Under the pieces are notes generated by a model. That model saw nothing but the letters and a program-made list of their open reading frames with translations. It did not search any database and was not told the DNA's origin. A DNA stretch of 64,000 nucleotides from Bacteroidales bacterium. Its GTDB lineage: Bacteria > Bacteroidota > Bacteroidia > Bacteroidales > WCHB1-69. The stretch lies in the NCBI GenBank assembly GCA_017554325.1, contig JAFZIP010000010.1, positions 69,760 through 133,759 on the forward strand. The letters run 5' to 3'. The position numbers and the translations under genes are program-made. Each line of letters opens with the position of its first letter. Positions within the stretch are counted from its first letter, which is position 1. Below, piece after piece: positions 19,217 to 28,967 of this stretch.

Positions 19217-19684
19217 ATGAGAAATTCACACGCAAAAAAAAGGATCATTCTTCCTGATCCGAAGTTCAACGACGAAAAAGTAACGAAATTCGTCAACAAC
19301 ATCATGTTGAAAGGCAAGAAAAACCTTGCTTTCGAAATTTTCTACAAAGCCATCGACATCGTTTCCGAGAAGACCGGCGAGAACGGCCTTGAGGTTTGGA
19401 AAAAGGCTTTGGAGAACGTAACCCCCAGCGTCGAAGTCAAGAGCAAGCGCGTCGGTGGTACGACCCTTCCGGTTCCTGAGGAAATCAAGCCGGGCAGAAA
19501 GCAATCCGTAGGTATGAAAAACTTAATCTCTTTCGCACGCAAGCGTCACGAGCAAACCATGGCCGACAAGCTGGCCCAGGAAATCATGGCCGCTTACAAG
19601 TCTGAGGGTGCCGCCTTCAAGAAGAAAGAGGAAATCCACAGAATGGCCGAAGCCAACAAGGCATTCGCCCACATGCGCATGTAA
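19217..19684 (+). CDS. rpsG: 30S ribosomal protein S7
   Basis: [21 protein letters not shown]...[10 protein letters not shown]...[14 protein letters not shown]. Confidence 0.93.
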   Translation: MRNSHAKKRIILPDPKFNDEKVTKFVNNIMLKGKKNLAFEIFYKAIDIVSEKTGENGLEVWKKALENVTPSVEVKSKRVGGTTLPVPEEIKPGRKQSVGMKNLISFARKRHEQTMADKLAQEIMAAYKSEGAAFKKKEEIHRMAEANKAFAHMRM

Positions 19685-19726
19685 TAAACTTTTTACATTC
19701 ATAGTATTTTCGGTAACAGAAGAACG

Positions 19727-21820
19727 ATGGCAGAAGACTTGCACAACATACGGAATATCGGCATCATGGCCCATATTGACGCTGGCAAGACGACTACCAC
19801 GGAAAGAATCCTCTACTACACCGGAAAAAGCTACAAGATCGGCGAGGTTGACGAGGGGACTGCCACCATGGACTGGATGGTGCAGGAGCAGGAGAGAGGC
19901 ATCACGATCACCAGCGCCGCCACCACAGTGATGTGGAAACACCAGTCAACCGACTACAAAATCAACATCATCGACACACCGGGACATGTTGATTTCACGG
20001 TCGAGGTAGAACGTTCTTTGAGAATATTGGATGGAGCCGTAGCTATCTTCTGCGCCGTTGGCGGCGTGGAAGCACAATCGGAAACCGTCTGGCGTCAGGC
20101 CAACAAGTACAACGTGGCCCGCATCTGCTACGTCAACAAGATGGACCGCTCCGGGGCGAACTTCTACGCCGTCGTGGACCAGATCCGCGAGAAGCTGAAG
20201 GCCAACCCGCTGCCCCTCCAACTCCCCATCGGGGTTGAGGACTCGTTCATTGGCGTGATGGACCTGCTGGAGATGAAAGCCTACCAGTGGGACGACGAAG
20301 ACCAAGGTTCCAGCTACCACGAAATCGAAATACCCCAGGACATGGCCGACGACGTGCAGACCTACCGCACACAGCTGTTGGAAACGCTCGCCGAGTTCGA
20401 CGAAGCCCTGATGGAAAAGTATTTCGAGGACGCTGAAAGCATCACCATGGAGGAGCTGGTTTCCGCAATCCGAAAAGCTACCCTGGAGCACAAGATCGAA
20501 CCTGTATTATGCGGTTCATCGTTCAAGAACAAAGGTGTGCAAAAGCTTTTAGACGCCATCGTGATGTATCTCCCCTCCCCTTCGGACATGCCAGCCATTA
20601 CCGGCATCAACCCGAAAACTGAAGCAGAGGAGACACGGACCGCTGACGAGAAAGCGCCTTTTGCCGCACTGGCCTTCAAAATCGCCACAGACCCGTTTGT
20701 CGGCAAGCTGACGTTTATCAAAGTCTATTCCGGAACCCTGAAAGCCGGAGAGACCATCTACAATGTCAGCAGCGGCAAACGCGAGCGGGTCTCCAAAATC
20801 CTGCAGATGCATTCCAACAAGCAACAGCCGTTGGAGAGCGTGTCAGCCGGTAACATCGTGGCCCTCGTGGGCATGAAGGAGATTCACACAGGCGACAGTT
20901 TGACCGATGAAAAGCATCCGATTGTGCTGGAGAACATCGTCTTTCCCGAGCCGGTGATTCAAATCGCCATAGAGCCTAAAACGAAAGACGATGAGGAGAA
21001 GATGATGCTCGCACTGACCAAACTCGCAGAAGAGGACCCGACATTTGTGGTTTCCGAAAACGAGGAATCCGGTCAGATCCTGATCAGCGGCATGGGGGAA
21101 TTGCACTTGGACATCCTGTTGGACCGTCTTAAACGCGAGTTCAACGTGGAATGCAACCATGGCAAACCCCGTGTGGCCTACAAGGAAGCACTCTCCGCAC
21201 CGCATCGCCACCATGCGACCTACAAGCGTCAGAACGGCGGCAAGGGATCATTCGCCGACATGGTGTTTGAGCTGCAGCCGCTTCCGTTTGACGCCAAGGG
21301 CTTGCAATTCAAGAGCGAGGTAAAAGGTGGTGCCATACCGAAAGAGTATCTGGCAGGTGCTGAGAAGGGATTCAAGATGGCCATGATGAACGGCAAATAC
21401 GGTTTCGCCGTGGAAGCCATGGCTGTCACGGTGCTGGATGGCGAGACCCACCCGGCAGACTCCGATGCAATGTCGTTCGAAATCTGCGCCAAGATAGGAT
21501 TCCGCGATGCTCTCCAGCAAATGGAGACCGCCATTCTGGAACCCATCATGAAAGTGGAGATCACAACGCCTGACGAGTACATCGGAAATGTAACCGGCGA
21601 CTTGAACCGCAGACGCTCCGTTCTGGAGCAGATCGACGCGAAAGTCGGCTTCCAAGTCATCACTGCCCAGGTGCCGTTGGCCGAGATGTTCGGATACGTG
21701 ACCACGCTACGCTCTATCAGTCAAGGACGTGCCACCTTCAGCATGGAATTCCAGAAGTACGCTGAGGTTCCGCCCGAAGTGAAAGATTATATTATGAATG
21801 TAGGAAGATTTATTTTATAG
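19727..21820 (+). CDS. fusA: Elongation factor G
   Basis: 697 aa. G1 motif [24 protein letters not shown], and domains II-V are recognisable. Confidence 0.93.
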   Translation: MAEDLHNIRNIGIMAHIDAGKTTTTERILYYTGKSYKIGEVDEGTATMDWMVQEQERGITITSAATTVMWKHQSTDYKINIIDTPGHVDFTVEVERSLRILDGAVAIFCAVGGVEAQSETVWRQANKYNVARICYVNKMDRSGANFYAVVDQIREKLKANPLPLQLPIGVEDSFIGVMDLLEMKAYQWDDEDQGSSYHEIEIPQDMADDVQTYRTQLLETLAEFDEALMEKYFEDAESITMEELVSAIRKATLEHKIEPVLCGSSFKNKGVQKLLDAIVMYLPSPSDMPAITGINPKTEAEETRTADEKAPFAALAFKIATDPFVGKLTFIKVYSGTLKAGETIYNVSSGKRERVSKILQMHSNKQQPLESVSAGNIVALVGMKEIHTGDSLTDEKHPIVLENIVFPEPVIQIAIEPKTKDDEEKMMLALTKLAEEDPTFVVSENEESGQILISGMGELHLDILLDRLKREFNVECNHGKPRVAYKEALSAPHRHHATYKRQNGGKGSFADMVFELQPLPFDAKGLQFKSEVKGGAIPKEYLAGAEKGFKMAMMNGKYGFAVEAMAVTVLDGETHPADSDAMSFEICAKIGFRDALQQMETAILEPIMKVEITTPDEYIGNVTGDLNRRRSVLEQIDAKVGFQVITAQVPLAEMFGYVTTLRSISQGRATFSMEFQKYAEVPPEVKDYIMNVGRFIL

Positions 21821-21871
21821 AAAAACAGTTTTAAAACATATTACGTAATATTTAATTAAAAACAAAAAAAA

Positions 21872-22186
21872 GTGAGTCACAGAATTAGAATCAAATTGAA
21901 ATCATTCGACCACACCTTGGTTGACAGATCTGCTGAAAAGATCGTCAAGACCGTGAATGGTGTGAAGGACGACAAAGTTGTGCTGGTTGGCCCTATTCCA
22001 CTGCCAACACACACCAAGATTTTCACCGTAAACCGCTCCACTTTTGTAAACAAGAAATCCAGAGAGCAATTCCAGCTCTCCACCTACAAAAGATTGCTGG
22101 ACATTTACGGCACAACCACCAAGACCATCGACGCTCTCATGCAGCTTGAACTGCCCAGCGGCGTTGACGTAGAAATCAAGGTGTGA
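21872..22186 (+). CDS. rpsJ: 30S ribosomal protein S10 (GTG start)
   Basis: [21 protein letters not shown]...GPIPLPT...[29 protein letters not shown]...[13 protein letters not shown]. Confidence 0.93.
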   Translation: MSHRIRIKLKSFDHTLVDRSAEKIVKTVNGVKDDKVVLVGPIPLPTHTKIFTVNRSTFVNKKSREQFQLSTYKRLLDIYGTTTKTIDALMQLELPSGVDVEIKV

Positions 22187-22246
22187 TGAAAGTCTGAATT
22201 TTGGATTCCGCGCACGGCCGTACGTGGAGTTCAAAAAAAAATCAAA

Positions 22247-22283
22247 GCGCTGACCATTTTTATGTGGTCGGTGCTTTTTTTTT
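22247..22283 (+). terminator. Rho-independent terminator directly after rpsJ
   Basis: gcgctgacca-(8 nt loop)-tggtcggtgc gives a 10-bp stem with two G-U pairs, followed by nine T. Confidence 0.65.
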
Positions 22284-22284
22284 G

Positions 22285-22292
22285 TATTTTTG
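22285..22292 (+). promoter_or_regulatory. -7 box TATTTTTG upstream of the HdrB-like gene
   Basis: tttgTATTTTTGct, 27 nt before the ATG at 22319. Confidence 0.5.
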
Positions 22293-22318
22293 CTAATCAT
22301 TTTTTTGAAGAATAGACT

Positions 22319-23374
22319 ATGGAAAAACGCTACTGGAACGAGTATCAGAAAGCCATCGCCGACGACCATTACTTTTATGAAAGGAGCTGCATCCGGCAGA
22401 CCTTCTTTCCCGGTTCTGAGGCGGCGTTCCTTAACATATTGCGCAACGATTTAGGGAAGGACATATATGATTCCTCCCACCAGCACACCTGCACGGGCAT
22501 AGGCTATCACTCGGACGTGGTGCCATTTGAGACTACCATGACCATTGTGGCCCGTTTGTTCTCCCTGATGACAGAAAAGGGCTATGAGAACTACGTACCA
22601 TCATGTGTCACTTCCTTCGGCGTGATGACGGAGATTATCGAGAAATGGAACGAGAACCCGCAACTGCTGGAGCAGGCGCGCGAACTTTTGCGCAAGGCCA
22701 CCGGCCGAGAGTTTGACAAGCCCAAGAATATCGCCCACCCGTCGGACATCATCTACAAGTTCCGCTTTGATCTGAAGGAGAAGATGAAATACCAGCTGGT
22801 GAACCGTTTCACGGGCAAGCCTCTGCGCGGCGTGGAGCACATCGGCTGCCACTACGCCAAGATATTCCCGAAGCATGGTGTCGGCAATGCCGAGTTTCCT
22901 TACGTGCTCGCGGGCATGATCGAGGCCTGGGGCGGCGAAGTGGTGGACTACCCCGAGCGTCGTCACTGCTGCGGCTTCGGGTTCCGCCAATATCTGGTAC
23001 AGGAAAACCGGGGGTACTCCGTGGCCAACTCCAAGAAGAAATTCGAATCCATGGAGCCCTACGAACCTGACTTCATCGTGGCCAACTGCCCGGGATGCGC
23101 CATGTTTCTGGACAAATGGCAATACACCATCGCCGAGATGGAGCACAAGACTTACGACAAAGACGGCTACGGCATCCCCGTGCTCACTTACGAGGAGCTG
23201 GCCGGTTTGTTGCTGGGTTACGATCCCTGGGTGCTGGGACTTCAGTTGCACCAAGTTCAATGCGAAAGCCTGCTCAACAAAATCGGTGTCCAATACGACC
23301 CGGATTCAAAATACAAGGGCATTTCCGGCAGAATTCTGCCAAAGCCGGAGAAGCCGAGTGTGCTGAAGGTGTAG
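22319..23374 (+). CDS. CCG-domain (HdrB/GlpC/LutA-like) iron-sulfur oxidoreductase subunit
   Basis: The C-terminal half has an intact C...CCG...CxxC pattern (IGCHYAK, HCCGFGFRQ, NCPGCAMFLD). The N-terminal half has a degenerate copy (SCIRQ, TCTGIGYH, SCVTSFG). Confidence 0.7.
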   Translation: MEKRYWNEYQKAIADDHYFYERSCIRQTFFPGSEAAFLNILRNDLGKDIYDSSHQHTCTGIGYHSDVVPFETTMTIVARLFSLMTEKGYENYVPSCVTSFGVMTEIIEKWNENPQLLEQARELLRKATGREFDKPKNIAHPSDIIYKFRFDLKEKMKYQLVNRFTGKPLRGVEHIGCHYAKIFPKHGVGNAEFPYVLAGMIEAWGGEVVDYPERRHCCGFGFRQYLVQENRGYSVANSKKKFESMEPYEPDFIVANCPGCAMFLDKWQYTIAEMEHKTYDKDGYGIPVLTYEELAGLLLGYDPWVLGLQLHQVQCESLLNKIGVQYDPDSKYKGISGRILPKPEKPSVLKV

Positions 23375-23466
23375 TAGAGATTAGAGATTAGAAGATTAGA
23401 AGATTAGAAGATTAAAAGATTAAAGGAGTAAGTGAGTAGAGATTTTAGATAAAAGATTTAGATAAG
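23375..23466. repeat. 7-nt-period tandem array (tagagat tagagat tagaagat tagaagat tagaagat taaaagat ...)
   Basis: Read directly. It fills the 99-nt spacer between the HdrB-like and HdrA-like genes. Confidence 0.8.
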
Positions 23467-23473
23467 AAAACTA

Positions 23474-24484
23474 ATGTTAAATATAGCGATTATCGGAGCC
23501 GGTCCTGCCGGCATTGAAGCGGCCTCCATTCTGGCCGGGAAGCATCATATCACCCTGTTTGAGAAATCGGAGAAAACCTTGTCAAACATTCACGACAAAG
23601 CTTTGTTGTTCCCCGATTTTTCCTCTGCTGAGGATCTGGCTGCCAGACTGGATGCCAAACTGAAGAATCCCAACATCGAACTCCGTCTGAACACGCCCAT
23701 TGTAAAATTGGAGAAAAAAGACAACGGCTGGCTGTTGACGGACGACAAGCAACAAGAATACAACTTTCCATACGTGCTGCTGGCCACCGGCTATCGCGTT
23801 TTCGATGCCCACCAAAAAGAGGAGTTGGGTTATGGTATCTACAAAGGTGTCATCACCTCATTGGAGTTGGAGAAGATGATCAAAGAGGAGCATATCGTGA
23901 ATGTGAACGGCGACAAGCCCAAGCAAATCACTTTTTTGCAGTGTGTGGGCTCTCGCGATGAGAAGTCGGGCAATCACTATTGCTCCAAGGTTTGCTGCGT
24001 TACCGCTGTGAAACAGGCTATCGAAATCAAGAAGATGCTTCCGGACACTGACGTTTATGTGTTCTACATGGACTTGCGGATGTGGGGCCAGGGCTTTGAA
24101 GAGATGTACCGCACAGCCCAGGAAGAATACGGGGTGAATTTCGTGCGTGGCCGCATCTCCGAAGCTGCCTCCACCTACGACAACCGCGTGCAAATCAAGG
24201 CCGAGGACACCTTGATGGGGCTGCCGCTGAATCTGAACACCGACCTGCTGGTTTTGATGGTAGGCATGTGTGCCTCCGATGGTACGAAACAACTCAGCCA
24301 GTCAGCCGGCATCGACGGTCTATACGGCTTTGCCCAAAGCAAGTCGGAGCATTTGGAGGACAACATGACTGCTCAAGAAGGTCTTTTCGTGGCTGGCGCT
24401 TGCAAGCGTCCATCTAGCGTCAACGATACCATACAAGATGCCCGCGCCGCTGCCGTAAACATGATGAATTTTATTCAAGAATAA
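23474..24484 (+). CDS. HdrA-like FAD-dependent oxidoreductase (short form, 336 aa)
   Basis: Dinucleotide fold IAIIGAGPAGIEAA and the HdrA signature CVGSRDEKSGNHYCSKVCCVTAVK. It lacks the ferredoxin-type domains of full-length HdrA. Confidence 0.7.
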   Translation: MLNIAIIGAGPAGIEAASILAGKHHITLFEKSEKTLSNIHDKALLFPDFSSAEDLAARLDAKLKNPNIELRLNTPIVKLEKKDNGWLLTDDKQQEYNFPYVLLATGYRVFDAHQKEELGYGIYKGVITSLELEKMIKEEHIVNVNGDKPKQITFLQCVGSRDEKSGNHYCSKVCCVTAVKQAIEIKKMLPDTDVYVFYMDLRMWGQGFEEMYRTAQEEYGVNFVRGRISEAASTYDNRVQIKAEDTLMGLPLNLNTDLLVLMVGMCASDGTKQLSQSAGIDGLYGFAQSKSEHLEDNMTAQEGLFVAGACKRPSSVNDTIQDARAAAVNMMNFIQE

Positions 24485-24501
24485 CGTAAAAAACATTTAT
24501 A

Positions 24502-26439
24502 ATGAGCTACATAGAATTTGACAAAGAGCAACTCGTCAATATCGGATTCTCAAAATCAAGAGAGATATTACGATGCAGCAACACGGGAGCTTTCGCCAAC
24601 ACCACGCTGGTTGGCCTGAACACCCGCAAATACCACGGGCTCTTTATAGTTCCACAAGACAAGATTGACCACGAGCGTCACGTGCTGGTATCCAACCTCA
24701 ACGAGAGCATCGTGGTCAACAACATGGATTTCCACCTCAGCATGAACCAGTTCAAGGGGGGCGTCATCCATCCGAAAGGGAACAAATATTTGCAACATTT
24801 CACAGCCGACAACATCCCGACCTATCTCTATCGTGTAGGCAAGTTCAATTTCACGAAAGAAATCCTGTTCCTGAAGGATTCCGACCGGCTCATCATCAAA
24901 TACACGATGCTCGACAATTACGAGTCTGCCTCTTTCCAATTCCAGCCTCTGTTGGCATTCCGCAGCATACACCAGCTCACGCATGCCAACCCGCAGGTAA
25001 ACACGCAGTTTGAGAGTGTGGACAACGGTGTGGGATACTGTCTGTACAACAATTACACACCGATTTACCTGCAGTTTTCATCCCCTGTTTCCTATCAGCA
25101 TCATCCGGATTGGTTCTATAACATCGAATATGAAGAGGAATTGAACCGTGGTTATGAAGGTGTGGAAGATCTCTACACACCAGGCGTGCTCACGGCGGAG
25201 GTCAAAGACAAGGAACTTTACATCACCATCGGCACGGAGCCGATTCATCCGGAAGAGATTGCCAATCTCTACAAGAAGGATGTCAGCCACCACACGTCGC
25301 GTTCTTCTTTCTTCAATTGTCTGCAGAATGCGGCTGAGCAGTTCATCGTCAAGCGCAACGGCAAGACGGAAGTAATTGCCGGTTATCCGTGGTTCGGACG
25401 CTGGGGTCGCGACACCTTCATCGCTCTGCCGGGCCTGACATTGGCCTTGGGCAAGAACGATTTGTGCAAAGAGATTCTGGACTCCATGATCGAGGACATG
25501 AAAGAGGGCTTGTTCCCCAACATCGGCAGTGGTCAAAATGCAGCCTACAACTCCGTGGATGCTCCGTTATGGTTCTTCCGGGCGGTGCAGCTGTACGCCG
25601 AAGCCACGCACTCTGAGAAGAAGATTTGGAAAGAGTACGGCGAGACGATGAAGAAGATTCTGACTGCTTATCGTCACGGCACGCTCAACAACATCCGGAT
25701 GCTGGACAACGGCCTGATTTACGCCGGAGGCCCGGGTCTTGCGCTCACCTGGATGGACGCTGTGGTGAATGGCAACCCCATCACGCCGAGGACAGGCTGC
25801 CAAGTGGAAATCAACGCATTGTGGTACAATGCCATGAAATTCGCCTTGGAGATGGCCCATCATGCCAAGGACAGCGACTTCATCTACGACTGGGAACCGA
25901 TGGTGCAAGACTTTCCGGCCGTTTTCAAAGAGACATTCTGGTCGAAGGAGATCGGCTATCTGGCCGACTATGTGGATGGGGATTACAAGAACTTCCAGAT
26001 CCGTCCCAACATGATGATTGTGACATCCCTGCCCTACTCGCCCATCAGCGAGAAGATCCGCCAGCTGATTCTGAAGCGCACCTGCGAGGAGTTGCTGACC
26101 GACAAGGGCATACGCTCGCTCTCGCCCAACGATCCCGAATACAAGGGCCACTATATGGGCAACCAGGCCGAGCGCGACGCCGCCTACCATCAGGGCACCT
26201 GCTGGATATGGTTGCTGTTCCCGTTCACCGACGGCATGTTGGCAGTCTATCAGAAATCCGCCATTCCTGCTTTGCAGAGAATCCTCTATAAGTTCGACAA
26301 CTGCATGACCAGCTATGGCATCTCCACCATTGCCGAAATCACAGACGGCGACCCGCCACACAAACCCAACGGCTGCATCTCGCAGGCTTGGAGCGTCGCA
26401 GCACTGCTCTACATGAAATGGAGAATTGAACATTATTAG
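24502..26439 (+). CDS. Glycogen debranching enzyme family protein (GDE N-terminal plus amylo-alpha-1,6-glucosidase domains)
   Basis: N-terminal NTRKYHGLFIV motif. C-terminal (alpha/alpha)6-type blocks GYPWFGRWGRDTFIALPGL and AYHQGTCWIWL. Confidence 0.85.
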   Translation: MSYIEFDKEQLVNIGFSKSREILRCSNTGAFANTTLVGLNTRKYHGLFIVPQDKIDHERHVLVSNLNESIVVNNMDFHLSMNQFKGGVIHPKGNKYLQHFTADNIPTYLYRVGKFNFTKEILFLKDSDRLIIKYTMLDNYESASFQFQPLLAFRSIHQLTHANPQVNTQFESVDNGVGYCLYNNYTPIYLQFSSPVSYQHHPDWFYNIEYEEELNRGYEGVEDLYTPGVLTAEVKDKELYITIGTEPIHPEEIANLYKKDVSHHTSRSSFFNCLQNAAEQFIVKRNGKTEVIAGYPWFGRWGRDTFIALPGLTLALGKNDLCKEILDSMIEDMKEGLFPNIGSGQNAAYNSVDAPLWFFRAVQLYAEATHSEKKIWKEYGETMKKILTAYRHGTLNNIRMLDNGLIYAGGPGLALTWMDAVVNGNPITPRTGCQVEINALWYNAMKFALEMAHHAKDSDFIYDWEPMVQDFPAVFKETFWSKEIGYLADYVDGDYKNFQIRPNMMIVTSLPYSPISEKIRQLILKRTCEELLTDKGIRSLSPNDPEYKGHYMGNQAERDAAYHQGTCWIWLLFPFTDGMLAVYQKSAIPALQRILYKFDNCMTSYGISTIAEITDGDPPHKPNGCISQAWSVAALLYMKWRIEHY

Positions 26440-26461
26440 AAACATCTTAAAGTACAGGAAT

Positions 26462-27745
26462 ATGAAGGTACTCATGTTCGGGTGGGAGTTTCCACCGCAT
26501 ATATCAGGAGGTTTGGGCACAGCCTGCTACGGGCTGACCAAAGGGCTTGCGATGAATGGCGTGGAGGTCATCTTCGTCATGCCGAAAGCCTCGGGCGACG
26601 AAGACCAGACTTATACCAAGATCATCAATGCCAGCGACGTGGAGGTGGATCCGCGTCATGCAGAATTCTACACCCGTCATCCGGAGACCTCCTTCATTCA
26701 GATCAACTCCCGACTAGTACCCTACGTCGGGTTGGACGACTATTACAACGTGGTGAACCAGATTGACAGTGGTTTGATCCAAAGCGGTGATGCCACCAAG
26801 CGCAAATACATCTTCAGCGGTGGTTACGGCAAGAACTTGATGGAAGAGGTGAACCGTTACGCTGAGATTGCCGGCGAGATTGCCCGCAACGAAGAGTTCG
26901 ACATCATCCATGCACACGACTGGCTCACCTATCGCGCGGGCATTGCAGCCAAGCGCGTGAGCGGCAAGCCCCTGGTGGTGCACATCCACGCTACGGAATA
27001 CGACCGCTCGGGCGAGAACAACCGCAACGACATCGTCTATAACATGGAGCGCGAGGGCATGTCCGCCGCCGACTCCGTGTGCGCCGTCAGCGACCTCACC
27101 CGCAACATCGTCATCGAGAAATACGGCATCGACGCCAACAAGGTCTATACCCTGCACAACGCCGTGGTGCCCAGCGACAAGAAGGTCACCCGCGACAAGT
27201 TCGTGAAAGAGAAAATCGTCACCTTCCTGGGCCGCGTTACCTTCCAAAAAGGCCCCGATTACTTTGTGGAGACCGCCAAACTGGTGCTCGACAAAGATCC
27301 CAACGTGCGCTTCGTGCTGGCTGGCGACGGCGACATGATGCAGCACATCATCACGCGTGTGGCGGAGTTGGGCATTTCTGACCGTTTCCACTTCACCGGC
27401 TTCTTGCGCGGTGACGACATCGACAAGATGTTCGGCATGAGCGATGTCTATGTCATGCCCTCCATCTCGGAGCCGTTCGGCATCTCGCCGTTGGAAGCCA
27501 TGCGCGCCAAAGTGCCCGTGGTCATCTCCAAGCAATCGGGCGTGGCCGAAGTGCTCCAGCACGCTATCAAGGTGGATTTCTGGGACATCAATGCCACCGC
27601 CGACGCCATCTACGGGCTTCTCCATTACCCGGCCCTTTCCAATCTGTTCAGCGTGAAAGGCGCAGAAGAGGTAAATAACCTCAAATGGGAAAATGTTGCA
27701 AAAAAACTGAAAGTCATATACGAAAAAACCTTGCGCTATGAATAG
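26462..27745 (+). CDS. GT4-type glycosyltransferase (glycogen/starch-synthase-like)
   Basis: MKVLMFGWEFPPHISGGLGTACYGL start, a GT-B C-terminal E-x7-E-like block (PSISEPFGISPLEAM), and its position between the debranching enzyme and GH57 genes. Confidence 0.8.
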   Translation: MKVLMFGWEFPPHISGGLGTACYGLTKGLAMNGVEVIFVMPKASGDEDQTYTKIINASDVEVDPRHAEFYTRHPETSFIQINSRLVPYVGLDDYYNVVNQIDSGLIQSGDATKRKYIFSGGYGKNLMEEVNRYAEIAGEIARNEEFDIIHAHDWLTYRAGIAAKRVSGKPLVVHIHATEYDRSGENNRNDIVYNMEREGMSAADSVCAVSDLTRNIVIEKYGIDANKVYTLHNAVVPSDKKVTRDKFVKEKIVTFLGRVTFQKGPDYFVETAKLVLDKDPNVRFVLAGDGDMMQHIITRVAELGISDRFHFTGFLRGDDIDKMFGMSDVYVMPSISEPFGISPLEAMRAKVPVVISKQSGVAEVLQHAIKVDFWDINATADAIYGLLHYPALSNLFSVKGAEEVNNLKWENVAKKLKVIYEKTLRYE

Positions 27746-28925
27746 GATATGCTTCCATTTCCAGATCAGTCAACCCTATCGGTTAAGAACGTACAGATTC
27801 TTTGACATCAATCAGAATCACGATTACTTTGACGACTATCAGAACCAGTATCTGACCCGCCGCTTGGCAGAGCGTTGCTACCTGCCGGCCAACAAGATGA
27901 TGTTGGAGCTGATCAAAAAGCATCCTGGCAAGTTCAAACTCAGTTTCAGCATTTCAGGTAGTTCCATCATGCTGTTCAAGAACTACTGTCCTGAGGTCCT
28001 TGAGAGCTTCAAGGAACTGATTGCCACGGGCTGCGTGGAAATCACGGGCAACACCTACACACACAGTATTGCCTCCCTATACGGCAAAGAACCGTTTATG
28101 GAACAGGTGAAGCTGCAGGAAATGCTGCTGGATGAGACTTTCGGTGTGAAACCCGTGTCCTTCTGCAACACGGAGGTCATCTACTCGGACGAGATTGGCG
28201 AGTGGTTGGGAGATGCTGGCTACCGCGTGGTGCTGACCGAAGGCGCACGTCATATTCTGGGTTGGAAGAGTCCTTTCTACCTGTACTGCAACCCTTATCA
28301 GACGGATGTGCGTCTGCTCCTTCGCCCGTACAGAATCTGTGATGACATCACATTGCGTTTCCAAGACAAGAGCTGGGACCAGTACCCGCTTACAGCGGAA
28401 AAATACATCAGTTACCTGAATAACTGCAATCACGGCAGTGAGGCTCCGCTCATCAACCTGTTCTGGGATTACGAGACCATTGGTGAGCATTACACGGAAG
28501 ACACGGGAATCTTTGATTTCTTCCGCGCATTGGTTGATCAGCTCTCCCAGAATCCTGACTACAGCTTCATTACGCCGCAGGAGGTACTGAATCTGAATCT
28601 TGCCACATCGACCATGCACGCGCCGTGGCCCATTTCGTGCTCCGGAGAAGAAAAGGACACCCACGAATGGATTGGCAACGATTTGCAACAGGAGGCATTC
28701 CAGCAGTTGTTCAAATTACAGGATCTCTACAAGAAGTCCAAGAATACAACCGCCAAGCAATGCTGGTTGCAACTGCAAGCCGCCGACCACTTCAACTTCA
28801 TGAGTTCCAAATGGTTCGGGCACCGCTTCGTAAAACGTAATTTTGAAGTCTATTCATCACCTTACCAAGCCTTCATCAACTACATGAACGTGCTGAACGA
28901 TGTGAAGTTGCAGTTGGAAGAGTAA
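27738..28925 (+). CDS. Glycoside hydrolase family 57 protein (alpha-amylase-like)
   Basis: FHFQISQPYRLRTYRFFD, the SISGSSIMLF block, and TEVIYSDEIG. Confidence 0.8.
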   Translation: MNRICFHFQISQPYRLRTYRFFDINQNHDYFDDYQNQYLTRRLAERCYLPANKMMLELIKKHPGKFKLSFSISGSSIMLFKNYCPEVLESFKELIATGCVEITGNTYTHSIASLYGKEPFMEQVKLQEMLLDETFGVKPVSFCNTEVIYSDEIGEWLGDAGYRVVLTEGARHILGWKSPFYLYCNPYQTDVRLLLRPYRICDDITLRFQDKSWDQYPLTAEKYISYLNNCNHGSEAPLINLFWDYETIGEHYTEDTGIFDFFRALVDQLSQNPDYSFITPQEVLNLNLATSTMHAPWPISCSGEEKDTHEWIGNDLQQEAFQQLFKLQDLYKKSKNTTAKQCWLQLQAADHFNFMSSKWFGHRFVKRNFEVYSSPYQAFINYMNVLNDVKLQLEE

Positions 28926-28967
28926 GCAGAAATTGAACTGCACTTTTCGTTTATACTTCCACCATGA

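Noticed and set aside
21838-21851. A perfect 14-nt AT palindrome (atattacgtaatat) between fusA and rpsJ, considered as a regulatory site.
   Set aside because: It is short and entirely AT-rich in an AT-rich spacer. That is easily explained by chance, and no supporting context was seen.
23375-23466. The tandem repeat arrays considered as CRISPR arrays.
   Set aside because: The period is 7 nt, there are no unique spacers, and no cas genes are present.
22319-24484. The Hdr-like genes as evidence of methanogen-type heterodisulfide reduction.
   Set aside because: The host is clearly a Bacteroidales bacterium. HdrC and Mvh partners are absent, and one CCG domain is degenerate. Only the family resemblance is claimed.
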